A stretch of 64,000 bases of DNA, taken from the NCBI GenBank assembly GCA_038801705.1, contig JAULTC010000001.1:169916-233915 (forward strand), in the 5' to 3' direction. A program made the translations under genes and the position numbers. The notes beneath the pieces are model-generated. The model was not told where the DNA came from and made no database searches. It saw nothing but the letters and a program-made list of their open reading frames with translations. Source of the stretch: Candidatus Methanosuratincola mesotaenarum (lineage in GTDB: Archaea > Thermoproteota > Methanomethylicia > Methanomethylicales > Methanomethylicaceae). Shown in pieces: positions 51,923-61,961 of the stretch; the stretch's first letter is position 1, and each line of letters starts with the position of its first letter.

Positions 51923-52136
51923 CACGGTCTTTCCTCACAATCTCTGCAGCAGAGCCTGCTGGTAGTGGGGGCATTTCGGCGGTCAGCTGCTCAAGTCTCC
52001 TCAGCGACTCCTTGATCTGGGTCTTACATGCAAGCTCTTCCAAATACTTCCTGATAGCATCGCCCAGATCTACTCCGGATGCTTCAAGGCGTCTCTTCAA
52101 CTCTCTCTTTACCCTAACGCTCACAACCTCATTCAT
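51912..52136 (-). CDS. ribbon-helix-helix antitoxin-like protein (VapB/CopG-like)
   Basis: MNEVVSVRVKRELKRRLEASGVDLGDAIRKYLEELA is a typical RHH beta-alpha-alpha N-terminus. Confidence 0.6.
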   Translation of the reverse strand: MNEVVSVRVKRELKRRLEASGVDLGDAIRKYLEELACKTQIKESLRRLEQLTAEMPPLPAGSAAEIVRKDRDGH

Positions 52137-52441
52137 ATGTAAACATATTGTATACATCAACATGTACATGTTGCTTACGGCAGGTAGTGAAAACTATTAA
52201 TGCTTATAAAAATGCAACACTCTTACCGGAGATCAAATCATTTTTGTTGCAACGCATCCAGCCATGCCATTCCATTCCATTCTCCTTAAAGAGAAATGTA
52301 TTGGATCAGAGAAGAAAAAGAGCGGTCGCTGCCATAAAGCATACTCCTGAACGCCGCAGAGTAAAATTTTTTAAATATTCATGTAAAAAAAGCTTAAAAA
52401 GTCTGAATAAAATATATTCATGCGTTGATAAGGGGTTCTCA

Positions 52442-53911
52442 ATGCTCAGGGAGAAGTGCGGAGTGTTTGCTGTCGTCAGCAGTGGGGAGGCGTTCGTCCC
52501 GCTCTACTGGGGGCTGGTTGCGCAGAACCACCGTGGGCACGAGTCATACGGCTTCCTCACGCACTCGGACGGGCTGAAGAGGTACGTCGACCTCGGGCTA
52601 GTCCCCAGGATAGAGAGGGAGGAGCTCATCAGATGGCAGATGCTCCTGCCCGGCAAGAGGGGAATAGCCCACGTGAGGTATGGGACTTCGGGGAAGAGGG
52701 ACGCATACTCTCACCTGAGGGATGCGCAGCCTATGGTTGTGTCGCACGGAAGGTCAAAGATGGGCATCGCGTTCAATGGGAACTTGGTCAACATAGGCTG
52801 GCTGAGGGGTCTGCTGGCTGGAAAGAATGGGAAGATGCATGCCACGTCCGACACTGAGCTACTCTGCAGTTACCTTGCTTCGAAAGCCAGCGTCGGAATT
52901 AGAGATGCCATCGATGCATGCATGAAGGAAGTCGAGGGCGCGTACTCCGTTGTTGGACTGAGATCTAACGGGGAGCTCTTTGCATTCCGCGACCCCCTCG
53001 GGATTAGACCACTCTGCATTGGGAAGAGCAGGGAGGGGGACCTCACCGCAGTCTCATCTGAGACGGTCGGGCTTGACATCAATGCATTGAACTTTATGGG
53101 CGAGGTGGAACCCGGAGAGGCAATACTATTCAGTAGCAACGGAGAGTCCATGGCAAGAGAGAGGCTTGCCAGCTGCCCGAGGCGGGCGCTCTGCGGCTTC
53201 GAGCTCTCCTACTTCAGCAGACCCGACTCCATAATAAACGGCAAGCCGGTCTACAAGACGAGGGAGGAGTTGGGGAGGAATCTGGCGAGGAGGTACCAGG
53301 AGTACGTCCGCAGAGCTGACCTGATAGTGAGCATACCCGAGACTGCTGAGGACGCGGCCTACGGGCTCCATGAGGAGACCGGGATCCGCTGGGAGAGGAT
53401 GCTGAGGAGGCACAGGTTCGTCACCCACAGGGCGTTCATACTCGATTCTGAGGACCGCAAGGTTACAATAGACAGGAAGATAAATGTCGCGGATGGGGGG
53501 CTCGGTGGCAAGAGAGTGATCGTCGTCGAGGACAGCATCGTGAGGGGCGATACGACAAAGACTACGATCGCAAAGCTGAGAGAAAGGGGGGCCAAGGAAA
53601 TATATATGTTCGTGACCTTCCCGCGCATCACCCACCCGTGCTTCTACGGGATAGACATGGCGACATTCAAGGAGCTGATAGGCTTCAGGCATGATGAGGA
53701 GGGGATCGCTAAGGAGATAGGGGCTGACGCGGTCTGCTACCAGCCGCTCGAGTACTTCAACCGCGCTACCGGGATGGACGGGAGGGATCTCTGCATGGCC
53801 TGCGTCACTGGGCAGTACCCCACGGAGCTCGCCCAGACGATCGCGGATCGCGTCAAGTCGAACATCACTACTGAGAGTTGCAGGGTTTATGAGAGGGGTT
53901 TGGAGGCATAG
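52442..53911 (+). CDS. purF: amidophosphoribosyltransferase (with short propeptide before Cys)
   Basis: MLREK-CGVFAV shows the Ntn Cys after a propeptide. PRTase motif VIVVEDSIVRGDT. C-terminal Cys cluster (CFYG...CMAC). Confidence 0.85.
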   Translation: MLREKCGVFAVVSSGEAFVPLYWGLVAQNHRGHESYGFLTHSDGLKRYVDLGLVPRIEREELIRWQMLLPGKRGIAHVRYGTSGKRDAYSHLRDAQPMVVSHGRSKMGIAFNGNLVNIGWLRGLLAGKNGKMHATSDTELLCSYLASKASVGIRDAIDACMKEVEGAYSVVGLRSNGELFAFRDPLGIRPLCIGKSREGDLTAVSSETVGLDINALNFMGEVEPGEAILFSSNGESMARERLASCPRRALCGFELSYFSRPDSIINGKPVYKTREELGRNLARRYQEYVRRADLIVSIPETAEDAAYGLHEETGIRWERMLRRHRFVTHRAFILDSEDRKVTIDRKINVADGGLGGKRVIVVEDSIVRGDTTKTTIAKLRERGAKEIYMFVTFPRITHPCFYGIDMATFKELIGFRHDEEGIAKEIGADAVCYQPLEYFNRATGMDGRDLCMACVTGQYPTELAQTIADRVKSNITTESCRVYERGLEA

Positions 53912-53913
53912 AA

Positions 53914-55227
53914 TTGGCAGGGATTTTGGGGATATACCTTTTTGACAAGAGATGGAATGCATACAACTTTGGGGTCTTCGGGCTCATGGCACTACAGCAC
54001 AGGGGGCAGGAGACCGCGGGGATGGAGATCCTAAACGAGAGCAGCCAGAAGATCACTGGAAAGGGGCTCGTCGAGCAGGTCTTCAGCTCGGTCAGCGGGA
54101 AGGGAAACATCCTGATAGGGGGGGTCTCGCCGTACCCAGCTGAGGAGGTGGAGATACTTCCCATCACGGTCTCGGAAAAGACGTCGGCTGTGGTCGACGG
54201 CAAGATCACATCGGTAGACGGGTACAGATGGGACCCGGGAGTTAGCTACGAAGGAAACCTTAGGCGCGCATTCAGCGCGCTGGAGCAGGGGAGAAGCGAC
54301 CTTGATTCCATGAAGGACTTCTTCAGTCGCTGCCGTGGGGGGTTCTCCTACGTTGCCGCAAACGAAGACAGGGAGGTCCTCGCAGGGAGGGGGGCACTGG
54401 GAATAAAGCCCCTCGTCCTAGGCAAGATGGGTTTTGACGGTGGGATCGTCGCATCGGAGAGCTGCGTGATGGACATCATCGGCGAGAGGGTTCCGATCAG
54501 CCCAGCAGAGAACATCGAGCCGGGGCATGCGATGGTCTTCACGCCGATGTCAGCCCGCTTAGAGATGATCCAGAATAGCCCATGCAGGTCCTACTGCTCA
54601 TTCGAGTATGTCTACCTCGCCAGGCCTGACTCGTACATCAACGACATCCCAGTCTATGGGGTGAGGAGGGAGATAGGGAGGAGGCTAGCTCAGGATGGGG
54701 CGGTCGACGCAGATGTAGTGATAGGCGTGCCCGAGACTGCAATACCCTTCGCCATGGCATACTCAAACGAGACCGGGATCCCGGTGGAGAAGGGCTTCGA
54801 ACTAACAGGTAGAAGGGTGAGGAGTGCTATGAAGCCGAACCAAGTCGAGAGGCTGAAAGGGGTCCAGCTGAAGCTGAACGTGATCAGCGAGGCGGTGAGG
54901 GGGAAACGCGTTGTGCTCATCGACGACAGCGTCGTCCGAGGAAACACGCTCGCCAACATCGTCTATTTGATGAAGGAGAAGGGGGCGAAGGAGATCCATG
55001 TGAGGATAGGAAGTCCCCACATCATATCCCACTGCCCGTTCGGCGTCGAGGTACCGGGAGAGGATGAGCTGATCGGCAAGCACCTCAGCGAGGAGAAGAT
55101 AGCAGAGGTCATAGGGGCGGACTCTTTCAGATACCTGAGCCTCGGCGACCTCATAGAGGCGACGGGGATGAGTAGAGGAAAACTCTGCACGGGTTGCTTC
55201 AATGGCGAATATCCGGAGGTGGTATGA
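53914..55227 (+). CDS. PurF-like paralog lacking the N-terminal nucleophile cysteine
   Basis: Begins MAGILGIY, with Gly where PurF has Cys1. Retains the PRTase motif VVLIDDSVVRGNT and C-terminal Cys residues (CPFG...CTGC). Confidence 0.75.
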   Translation: MAGILGIYLFDKRWNAYNFGVFGLMALQHRGQETAGMEILNESSQKITGKGLVEQVFSSVSGKGNILIGGVSPYPAEEVEILPITVSEKTSAVVDGKITSVDGYRWDPGVSYEGNLRRAFSALEQGRSDLDSMKDFFSRCRGGFSYVAANEDREVLAGRGALGIKPLVLGKMGFDGGIVASESCVMDIIGERVPISPAENIEPGHAMVFTPMSARLEMIQNSPCRSYCSFEYVYLARPDSYINDIPVYGVRREIGRRLAQDGAVDADVVIGVPETAIPFAMAYSNETGIPVEKGFELTGRRVRSAMKPNQVERLKGVQLKLNVISEAVRGKRVVLIDDSVVRGNTLANIVYLMKEKGAKEIHVRIGSPHIISHCPFGVEVPGEDELIGKHLSEEKIAEVIGADSFRYLSLGDLIEATGMSRGKLCTGCFNGEYPEVV

Positions 55228-56712
55228 ATGAAGATCCTTCTGGTTGGCGGAGGCGGCAGGGAGCACGCGATCGCGAGGGCGCTGGCGAAGAGCGCCCACT
55301 GCCCTAGGGTATACTGTATCTCGGAGCTGATCAATCCTGGCATCAGGAAGGTCGTCTCTTCAGGCGGAGGGGAGTATTTCAGGGGGAACACGAACGACCC
55401 ATCCGCGGTGGTTGAGGCTGCCTCAAAGTGTAGCCCGGACTTTGTCTTCGTCGGTCCAGAGGAGCCGAACTTCCACGGCATCCCAGACGAGCTCGAGGCT
55501 GCGGGGATACCATGCATAGGAGCGAACAGGGAGGTCGCTGAGCTGGAGCTCTCCAAGGCAAGCATGAGGGACCTTCAGTGGAAGTACAAGATACCAGGGA
55601 GGCTCTGGTACAAGAAGTTCAAGACCTTCGAGGAGGCAGCCCCCTACATTGAGGAGTATGCTGAGAGCATCGCGCTGAAGCCGGCGAGGCAGGCAGGAGG
55701 GAAGGGGGTGAAGGTCATCGAGGATTTTCAGGTCTACCTCCAGGACGACAAAAGAAAGGTGAAGAGGGAACATGCGGAGTCGATAGTCAACGAATACATG
55801 AAGGGCTACGACGACATTGAGTACAAGCTCCTGATAGAGGAGAGGGTCTGGGGTCCGGAGTATACGGTGCAATGCTTTACCGACGGGAAGACCGTTGTCC
55901 CGATGCCCGCTGTTCAGGACAACAAGCATGCGTTCGACGGAGACCTCGGCCCAGAGACGGGCGGGATGGGGTCGATCTCATGCTGCATGAACTTGAAGTA
56001 CGGGGTCGAGGATGAAAGGTCGGTGATCACGGAGGAGGAGTACAGGCGCTCTGTGGAGATAGTCAAGATGATGATCGATGCTATACAGAGGGAGACAGGG
56101 AAGCGGTACCACGGGATATCGGCAGGGCAGATGATGCTGACGTCTGTCTGGGGGCCGACCGTGATAGAAATATACTCGAGGCTCGGCGACCCTGAGGCTG
56201 CGAACGTGCTAACAATGCTGAAGACCGACCTCGTCGACATCTGCGAGGCCATAATCTGCGAAGACCTGAATACGGTCAGGGTCGAGTTCGAGGATCAGGC
56301 GGTGGTGGTTAAGGCGGTATGCCCGGAGGGCTACCCTGACCGCAGGGACCTAGCGAAGGGGCATCCAGTAGCAGTCTCACCATCCGCAGACGCTGAAAGG
56401 ATCCTCTGGGCCTCCGCAGAGGATGCGGGGGATGGCGTGGTCACAGGGGGGTCGAGGGTGGTCGAATGTATAGGCACAGGGGACACACTCCCAGAGGCGA
56501 GTTCGAAAGCCGAAGATCTCTGCAGGAGCGTAGGGCTCACCGACGGGTGGAAGCTCTTCCACCGGAGCGATATCGGGACCGAGAAGTCAGTGCTCCGGAG
56601 GATCCAGCTCGGAAATATGGCAAGGGAGATATACCAGTACAGGGAGCGTAGAGGACTCCTCGGCAAGAGGATGATCTGGATACCCGGGAAGGGATTGATG
56701 GAGGTAGGGTAA
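55228..56712 (+). CDS. purD: phosphoribosylamine-glycine ligase (elongated, 494 aa)
   Basis: MKILLVGGGGREHAIA N-terminus and ATP-grasp core. About 60-70 aa longer than typical PurD. Confidence 0.85.
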   Translation: MKILLVGGGGREHAIARALAKSAHCPRVYCISELINPGIRKVVSSGGGEYFRGNTNDPSAVVEAASKCSPDFVFVGPEEPNFHGIPDELEAAGIPCIGANREVAELELSKASMRDLQWKYKIPGRLWYKKFKTFEEAAPYIEEYAESIALKPARQAGGKGVKVIEDFQVYLQDDKRKVKREHAESIVNEYMKGYDDIEYKLLIEERVWGPEYTVQCFTDGKTVVPMPAVQDNKHAFDGDLGPETGGMGSISCCMNLKYGVEDERSVITEEEYRRSVEIVKMMIDAIQRETGKRYHGISAGQMMLTSVWGPTVIEIYSRLGDPEAANVLTMLKTDLVDICEAIICEDLNTVRVEFEDQAVVVKAVCPEGYPDRRDLAKGHPVAVSPSADAERILWASAEDAGDGVVTGGSRVVECIGTGDTLPEASSKAEDLCRSVGLTDGWKLFHRSDIGTEKSVLRRIQLGNMAREIYQYRERRGLLGKRMIWIPGKGLMEVG

Positions 56713-56755
56713 TGGTAGCAGGGGCAGGATTAGATCAGCATAGGAGGGGGTAAAT

Positions 56756-58126
56756 ATGGTTTTCAAAATGAGCGAAAAGGAAAGAGCATACCTGATTAAA
56801 GAGATAGATTCCCTCAGGAAAGAGATCGAGGGGAGGCTCGTGCCCTTGGAGAGGATCTCACCAGGGATCCCGGCAACATTCATCTCTGTTGGCGGTGGCG
56901 AGCTTGGAGACCTGGCAACCACGGCAGCGGGGAGGCGGTTTGGCGGGGCAAGGGGCGGGATCGTCTCTGTTGCCTTCGACAAGTACCACGGCTTCCCGGC
57001 ACAGGACGCCGCAGACTATTCAGAGGTCTTCGACATGATGGATGGGGACCAGCTAGAGGGGAAGATAAAAAAGTACGTCCCTGATCCGCGCGCCCCGCAT
57101 GCGATATACCTTGAGGTGGAGCGGATCGACACCAAGAGGGCATACAAGCTCGGGATGGAAGAGGGATACAGGGTCATGTCCACCCCCTATGGGCCGCTCG
57201 TCTGCATGGACAGGCACGCGACGAAGCTGATGTTCGACAAACTCGGCCTCAACATGGCGCCATGGGCGTACGCGGACTCCGAGGTGGGCGTCCAGGAGGC
57301 GGCTGAGAAATTCGGGCTGCCAGTCATAGTCAAGCCAGTGATGACCTCGAGCGGGCACGGCACATCCATAGTCAGGACGGCAAAGGAGCTCAAGGAGAGC
57401 TACAAGCACTCGGTCGAGCATGCGAGGGGTGTTGGCGACGAGGTGATCGTCGAGAAGTACCTCCCGGAGCTCAAGGAAGGGGGAACCGAGATTACGCAGA
57501 TCGTCGTCAGGCACTTCAATACCGAAGGGAAGATCGTGAGCACCTGCCTGCCCCCGATAGAGCACAGGAGACCTGGTGCGACTTACCATGAGAGCTGGCT
57601 TCCCTCGACGATCTCCGAGGCGGCTGCCTCGAAGTGCAGGGAGGGGGCCATGAAGATCGCGGACTTTATGGGCGGCATTGGCATATATGCAGTCGAGCAG
57701 TTCGTGATCGGCGACAAGGTCTACAACAACGAGGTCGCAAACCGCCCGCATGACACCGGTCTGGTCACGAGGTGGATGCTCAATATGGACGAGGGCGCAC
57801 TCCAGCTGGTCTCCACGCTGGGAATGCCCGTCGATCAGTCGATGGTCGAGCTCTCGCGCCACGGTGTCTTTGGAGTCGCGCATGTCGTCCTGGCGCCCGA
57901 GGGCGTGAAGGAGGGGGCTACAGTCCAAGAGTTCAACCTGAAGGGGTTGCACGCAGGGCTCGGGGAAGACCTGAAGGGGGACCTCTGGATCTTCGGGAAG
58001 CCGACGGCGTATCCTGGTAGGAGGATGGGGCTGGCATTCGCATATGCAATCGAGCTTGACAGGGCGAGGGTAGACGCGGAGAGGATGGCGCACCTGGCAG
58101 AGGCACAGTTTGCTTACAAGGAGTGA
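56756..58126 (+). CDS. purT: formate-dependent GAR transformylase (PurT, ATP-grasp)
   Basis: IVKPVMTSSGHG, ESW and NRPHDTGLVT (PurT-specific PHDTG versus PurK HNSGH). Collinear with E. coli PurT from about residue 40 on. N-terminal 30-40 aa may be an over-extension (internal GTG near 56850). Confidence 0.75.
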   Translation: MVFKMSEKERAYLIKEIDSLRKEIEGRLVPLERISPGIPATFISVGGGELGDLATTAAGRRFGGARGGIVSVAFDKYHGFPAQDAADYSEVFDMMDGDQLEGKIKKYVPDPRAPHAIYLEVERIDTKRAYKLGMEEGYRVMSTPYGPLVCMDRHATKLMFDKLGLNMAPWAYADSEVGVQEAAEKFGLPVIVKPVMTSSGHGTSIVRTAKELKESYKHSVEHARGVGDEVIVEKYLPELKEGGTEITQIVVRHFNTEGKIVSTCLPPIEHRRPGATYHESWLPSTISEAAASKCREGAMKIADFMGGIGIYAVEQFVIGDKVYNNEVANRPHDTGLVTRWMLNMDEGALQLVSTLGMPVDQSMVELSRHGVFGVAHVVLAPEGVKEGATVQEFNLKGLHAGLGEDLKGDLWIFGKPTAYPGRRMGLAFAYAIELDRARVDAERMAHLAEAQFAYKE

Positions 58127-58149
58127 TGGGGACAGGAGGATAGAGGCGC

Positions 58150-58584
58150 ATGCCGAAGGTGTCAGTGATTGTTGGGTCCAAGTCCGACGAGGAACTCGGG
58201 ACGAACGTGAAGGAGACGCTCAGCGAGTATGGGGTGGATGTGGACCTCCAGGTTATATCTGCACACCGGGATCCTGAGAGGCTGGAGGCTTATGTGAAGG
58301 GATCAGACTCGGAGGTTTTCGTCGCTGTAGCTGGGCTTGCAGCGGCACTGCCTGGCGTGATCGCGTCGAAGACAACGAAGCCAGTGATAGGGGTTCCCAG
58401 GGAGGTTAGGCTTGGGGGTCTAGACGCGTTGCTCTCAATGGTCCAGATGCCCCCGGGTGTGCCAGTCGCGACGGTCGGCATAGACAACTGGAAGAACGCC
58501 GCGATACTTGCAGTCGAGATACTCGCGCTCAAGTACCCGGGCCTCATGGAAAGGCTTGAGGGGGCAAGGGGGATGAGGTCTTGA
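58150..58584 (+). CDS. purE: N5-CAIR mutase / AIR carboxylase catalytic subunit
   Basis: KVSVIVGSKSD...VAGLAAALPGV. Confidence 0.9.
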   Translation: MPKVSVIVGSKSDEELGTNVKETLSEYGVDVDLQVISAHRDPERLEAYVKGSDSEVFVAVAGLAAALPGVIASKTTKPVIGVPREVRLGGLDALLSMVQMPPGVPVATVGIDNWKNAAILAVEILALKYPGLMERLEGARGMRS

Positions 58585-58844
58585 TGTTCCTGGTAAAAGC
58601 TGAGGTGGGCCTTAAGCGGGGCCACTTCGATCCGGAGGGGGACGTTGTGGCAAAGTCGCTGAGGGACCTGGGATTCAGTGTGGGGTCGGTCAGGGTGAGC
58701 AAGGCATACACGATCGAGGTCGATGCCCGTGACGCCGCAGAGGCAAAGGCACTCGCGGAGGAGATGTGCAGGAAGCTCCTGGCAAACCCGACGAAGGACG
58801 ACTTCATGGTGGAGGTCCTACTTATTGAGGGAAGGACTGATTAG
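58581..58844 (+). CDS. purS: FGAM synthase PurS subunit
   Basis: 87 aa; MFLVKAEVGLK...DPEG pattern. Confidence 0.85.
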   Translation: MMFLVKAEVGLKRGHFDPEGDVVAKSLRDLGFSVGSVRVSKAYTIEVDARDAAEAKALAEEMCRKLLANPTKDDFMVEVLLIEGRTD

Positions 58845-61167
58845 GAGGGTGAGTGAGGACCCGCCGATCGTCGCGGTCGACCTCCGCGAGGCCGAAGACG
58901 CGGATCTGCTTGAGATAAGCAGGGGGATGGGGCTGGCGCTCAGCCTGCCGGAGATGAAGGCGATAAAGGAGAAGTTCGGGAGGCCGCTGACCGACGTCGA
59001 GCTCCAGACCTTCGGGCAGACCTGGTCGGAGCACTGTATCCATAAAACGTTCAGGGGAGTTGTGGAGACCGAGTCGGGCGCGGTCGAGGGTCTCCTGAAG
59101 ACTTACATCGCAAGGGCCACGAGGGAGCTTGACAGACCATGGTGCTTCTCGGTCTTCGAGGACAACGCCGGGCTCGTCGACTTCGACAATGGTCACGTGA
59201 TCGCAGCGAAAGTCGAGACGCATAATCACCCCTCAGCGATTGAGCCCTTCGGCGGGGCGGCCACCGGTGTTGGAGGGGTGATCAGGGACATACTCGGTGT
59301 GTGGGGGGAACCTATCGCGGTTTCCGACGTGCTCTGCTTCGGGCCGCTCGACATCGGGTACAGCGAGCTGGTTCCCGGGATCAAGCACCCGCGCTACATA
59401 TACAAGGGGGTCGTGGCAGGCGTCGGGAGCTACGGCAACAACATGGGGATACCAAACGTCAGTGGCGCGATAATTTTTGACCGGAACTACACCGGGAACG
59501 TCGTTGTTTACTGCGGCTGTTTTGGGATACTCCCTAAGCGGAGTTATATCAGGCAGACGATGGAGGGGGATCTGGCAGTCCTTGTTGGAGGGAGGACTGG
59601 CAGGGACGGAATACATGGGGTCACATTTGCCTCCACCGACCTGCCTGAGGAGTCGGAGGGGCTGAGATCGGCAGTCCAGATCCCGAACCCACTCGTGGAG
59701 GAGAGGCTGAGGAGGGCGGTGATCAGGGTGAGGGATGGGCGTCTGGCGTCCGGGATCACAGACCTCGGCGGGGGCGGGATCTCCTGCGCGACAGGCGAGA
59801 TGGCGAGCAGGTCTGGGCTGGGACTCATAGTGAACCTCGACAATGTGAAGCTGAAGGAGGGGGGAGTGGCGCCCTGGGAGATATGGGTCTCCGAGAGCCA
59901 AGAGAGAATGCTCTTCTCGGTGCCTAGTAGAAATCTCGAGAATACCTCCCGGATCTTTGAGGACGAGGAGCTCGAGTGGTGCGTCCTGGGCAGTTTCAAC
60001 AGCACAAAGAGGCTCAAGGCAACGTACAGAGGAGCCACCGTATGCGACCTCGGGCTCGACTTTTTGTACAGCCCGCCGAGGATCAAGAGGAGGGCAGTCA
60101 GGGTCGAAACAGCCCCGCGCCCGCTCATGCTTGAGGAGCCGGAGGACTTGGCTTCGGAGATCCTATCGCTCCTCTCAGACCCGAACGTGGGGAGCAGAGA
60201 GGGAGTCGTAAGGACTTACGACCATGAGGTCAGGGGCGCCACGGTGGTGAAGCCAGTGCAGGGGGAATCGGGCAGCCACAACGACGCTGGGGTGATCAAG
60301 CCGCTCAAGGACTCGTGGGTTGGGGTGGTGATCTCGTGCGGGATCAACCCGTTCTACCCGGACCCCTACTGGATGGCAGCTTGCTCGCTGGAGGAGGCAC
60401 TAAGGAACAATGTTGCGGTCGGGGGCAGGAGGATAGCGATACTCGACAACTTCGTCTGGGGGAACCCTGAAAGGGAAGACAGGATTGGATCACTGCTCCG
60501 GGCGTGTGAGGCTTGCTACGACTTTGCGAAGGCTTTCGGAACGCCCTTCATATCAGGGAAGGACTCGCTTTACAACGAGAGCCCGATGGGACCAGTGAGA
60601 CCGACGCTGCTGATAACGGGCGTTGGGATAATACCCGACGTGCGTAAGGCGGTGACCTCGAACCTGAAGGCGGCTGGTGACCCCATCTACCTTTTGGGAA
60701 CTACGAAGGAGGAAGTCTGCGGTTCAGCTTACCTGAGGTCAAAGGGAGTCGAGGGCGGGGATTGGCCGAGGGTAGATCCTTCGGTGTCCAAGAGGGTCAT
60801 GAATGCCTTGACCAAGGCTATAGACCTAGGAATTGTTGCGGCATGCCACGACCTCTCGGACGGGGGGCTCGGGGCGGCGGCATCAGAGATGGTGATCGGG
60901 TCGGAAGAGGGCATCTTTCTGGACCTCGGCAGGGGGCTGATGTCGACTAGCAGGAACGACTTTGCGGTATTCTCCGAGTCTGCGGGCAGGTTCCTTGTGG
61001 AAGTAAGGTCTGGCTCCGAAGAAACTTTCGAGGCGACATTCGAGGGGCTGCCGGTCAGGCATGTTGGGGAGGTGCTGCGGGAAGGGGCGCTCAGGATCCA
61101 GGATCTGAAGGGAAGGGAGCATGTGTTGGAGAAGGCGGACCTGTTAAGATCATGGAGGGGTGACTGA
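58825..61167 (+). CDS. purL: FGAM synthase II (PurL)
   Basis: WSEHCIHK and ETHNHPSAIEPF motifs. Start is TTG 58825 or GTG 58849 just after AGGAGG; the annotated ORF start at 58723 overlaps purS in another frame. Confidence 0.85.
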   Translation: MREGLIRRVSEDPPIVAVDLREAEDADLLEISRGMGLALSLPEMKAIKEKFGRPLTDVELQTFGQTWSEHCIHKTFRGVVETESGAVEGLLKTYIARATRELDRPWCFSVFEDNAGLVDFDNGHVIAAKVETHNHPSAIEPFGGAATGVGGVIRDILGVWGEPIAVSDVLCFGPLDIGYSELVPGIKHPRYIYKGVVAGVGSYGNNMGIPNVSGAIIFDRNYTGNVVVYCGCFGILPKRSYIRQTMEGDLAVLVGGRTGRDGIHGVTFASTDLPEESEGLRSAVQIPNPLVEERLRRAVIRVRDGRLASGITDLGGGGISCATGEMASRSGLGLIVNLDNVKLKEGGVAPWEIWVSESQERMLFSVPSRNLENTSRIFEDEELEWCVLGSFNSTKRLKATYRGATVCDLGLDFLYSPPRIKRRAVRVETAPRPLMLEEPEDLASEILSLLSDPNVGSREGVVRTYDHEVRGATVVKPVQGESGSHNDAGVIKPLKDSWVGVVISCGINPFYPDPYWMAACSLEEALRNNVAVGGRRIAILDNFVWGNPEREDRIGSLLRACEACYDFAKAFGTPFISGKDSLYNESPMGPVRPTLLITGVGIIPDVRKAVTSNLKAAGDPIYLLGTTKEEVCGSAYLRSKGVEGGDWPRVDPSVSKRVMNALTKAIDLGIVAACHDLSDGGLGAAASEMVIGSEEGIFLDLGRGLMSTSRNDFAVFSESAGRFLVEVRSGSEETFEATFEGLPVRHVGEVLREGALRIQDLKGREHVLEKADLLRSWRGD

Positions 61168-61961
61168 TGGACCTGAGGAAGGCTAGGGCCTGCATACTGA
61201 GGGTGGGTGGAACGAACTGCGACGCAGAGGTGAGGGTGGCGCTGGAGGAGCTTGGACTCAGGTCAGATGTGCTTCACATGAACTGGCTGGAGAAGGGGAG
61301 ACTCTCAGAGTACCAGCTCCTCGTCTTCCCTGGGGGGTTCTCATACGGCGACTACGTGAGGGCGGGGGCAGTCTGGGGAAAGAAGGTCTTGACCAGGATC
61401 AGGAGGGACCTGGAGAGGTTCGTTGAGGACGGGAGGCTTGTGATGGGGATCTGCAACGGGTTCCAGGTCCTCGTCGAGGCGGGGGTCCTGCCCGGAGGCG
61501 ACGGCTCATTCTCCACCACCCCTAGGGCTGTGCTGGCGAACAACAAATCGGCGAAGTACGAGTGCAGGTGGGTTTTTCTCAGGGGTGAGGGGAGCCAAAC
61601 CCCCTTCGCCCGCAGGGTAGGCAATGGGGAGACCCTGAGGGTGCCGGTCGGCCACGGCGAAGGTCGGTTCCTCTCGGAATCGGAGGGGGTGCTGCAGGAG
61701 CTGATCCGCAGCAACAGAGTGGTCTTTAGGTATTCCAGACCTTCTGGCGAGCCTGCTAAGGGGGCATACCCATTCAACCCGAACGGATCCTCCTACGATA
61801 TCGCGGCCATCTGCAACCGGGATGGGAACGTTATGGGCATGATGCCCCACCCAGAGAGGGCGTTCTTCGGCTGGCAAGCGGTAGGATACGGCGGTCCCCA
61901 AGGGCCGGCGGATGGGAGGAAGATCTTCGAGGGGATAATTGACTACATAATGGAGCTCTGA
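61167..61961 (+). CDS. purQ: FGAM synthase I glutaminase subunit (PurQ)
   Basis: Class-I GATase: GICNGFQVL catalytic Cys, HGEGRF. Confidence 0.9.
   Translation: MDLRKARACILRVGGTNCDAEVRVALEELGLRSDVLHMNWLEKGRLSEYQLLVFPGGFSYGDYVRAGAVWGKKVLTRIRRDLERFVEDGRLVMGICNGFQVLVEAGVLPGGDGSFSTTPRAVLANNKSAKYECRWVFLRGEGSQTPFARRVGNGETLRVPVGHGEGRFLSESEGVLQELIRSNRVVFRYSRPSGEPAKGAYPFNPNGSSYDIAAICNRDGNVMGMMPHPERAFFGWQAVGYGGPQGPADGRKIFEGIIDYIMEL

Noticed and set aside
56756-56850. N-terminal coiled-coil-like extension of PurT as a novel fused domain
   Set aside because: An internal in-frame GTG (LVPLE...) would give an N-terminus collinear with E. coli PurT. The extension is more likely an artefact of choosing the longest ORF.
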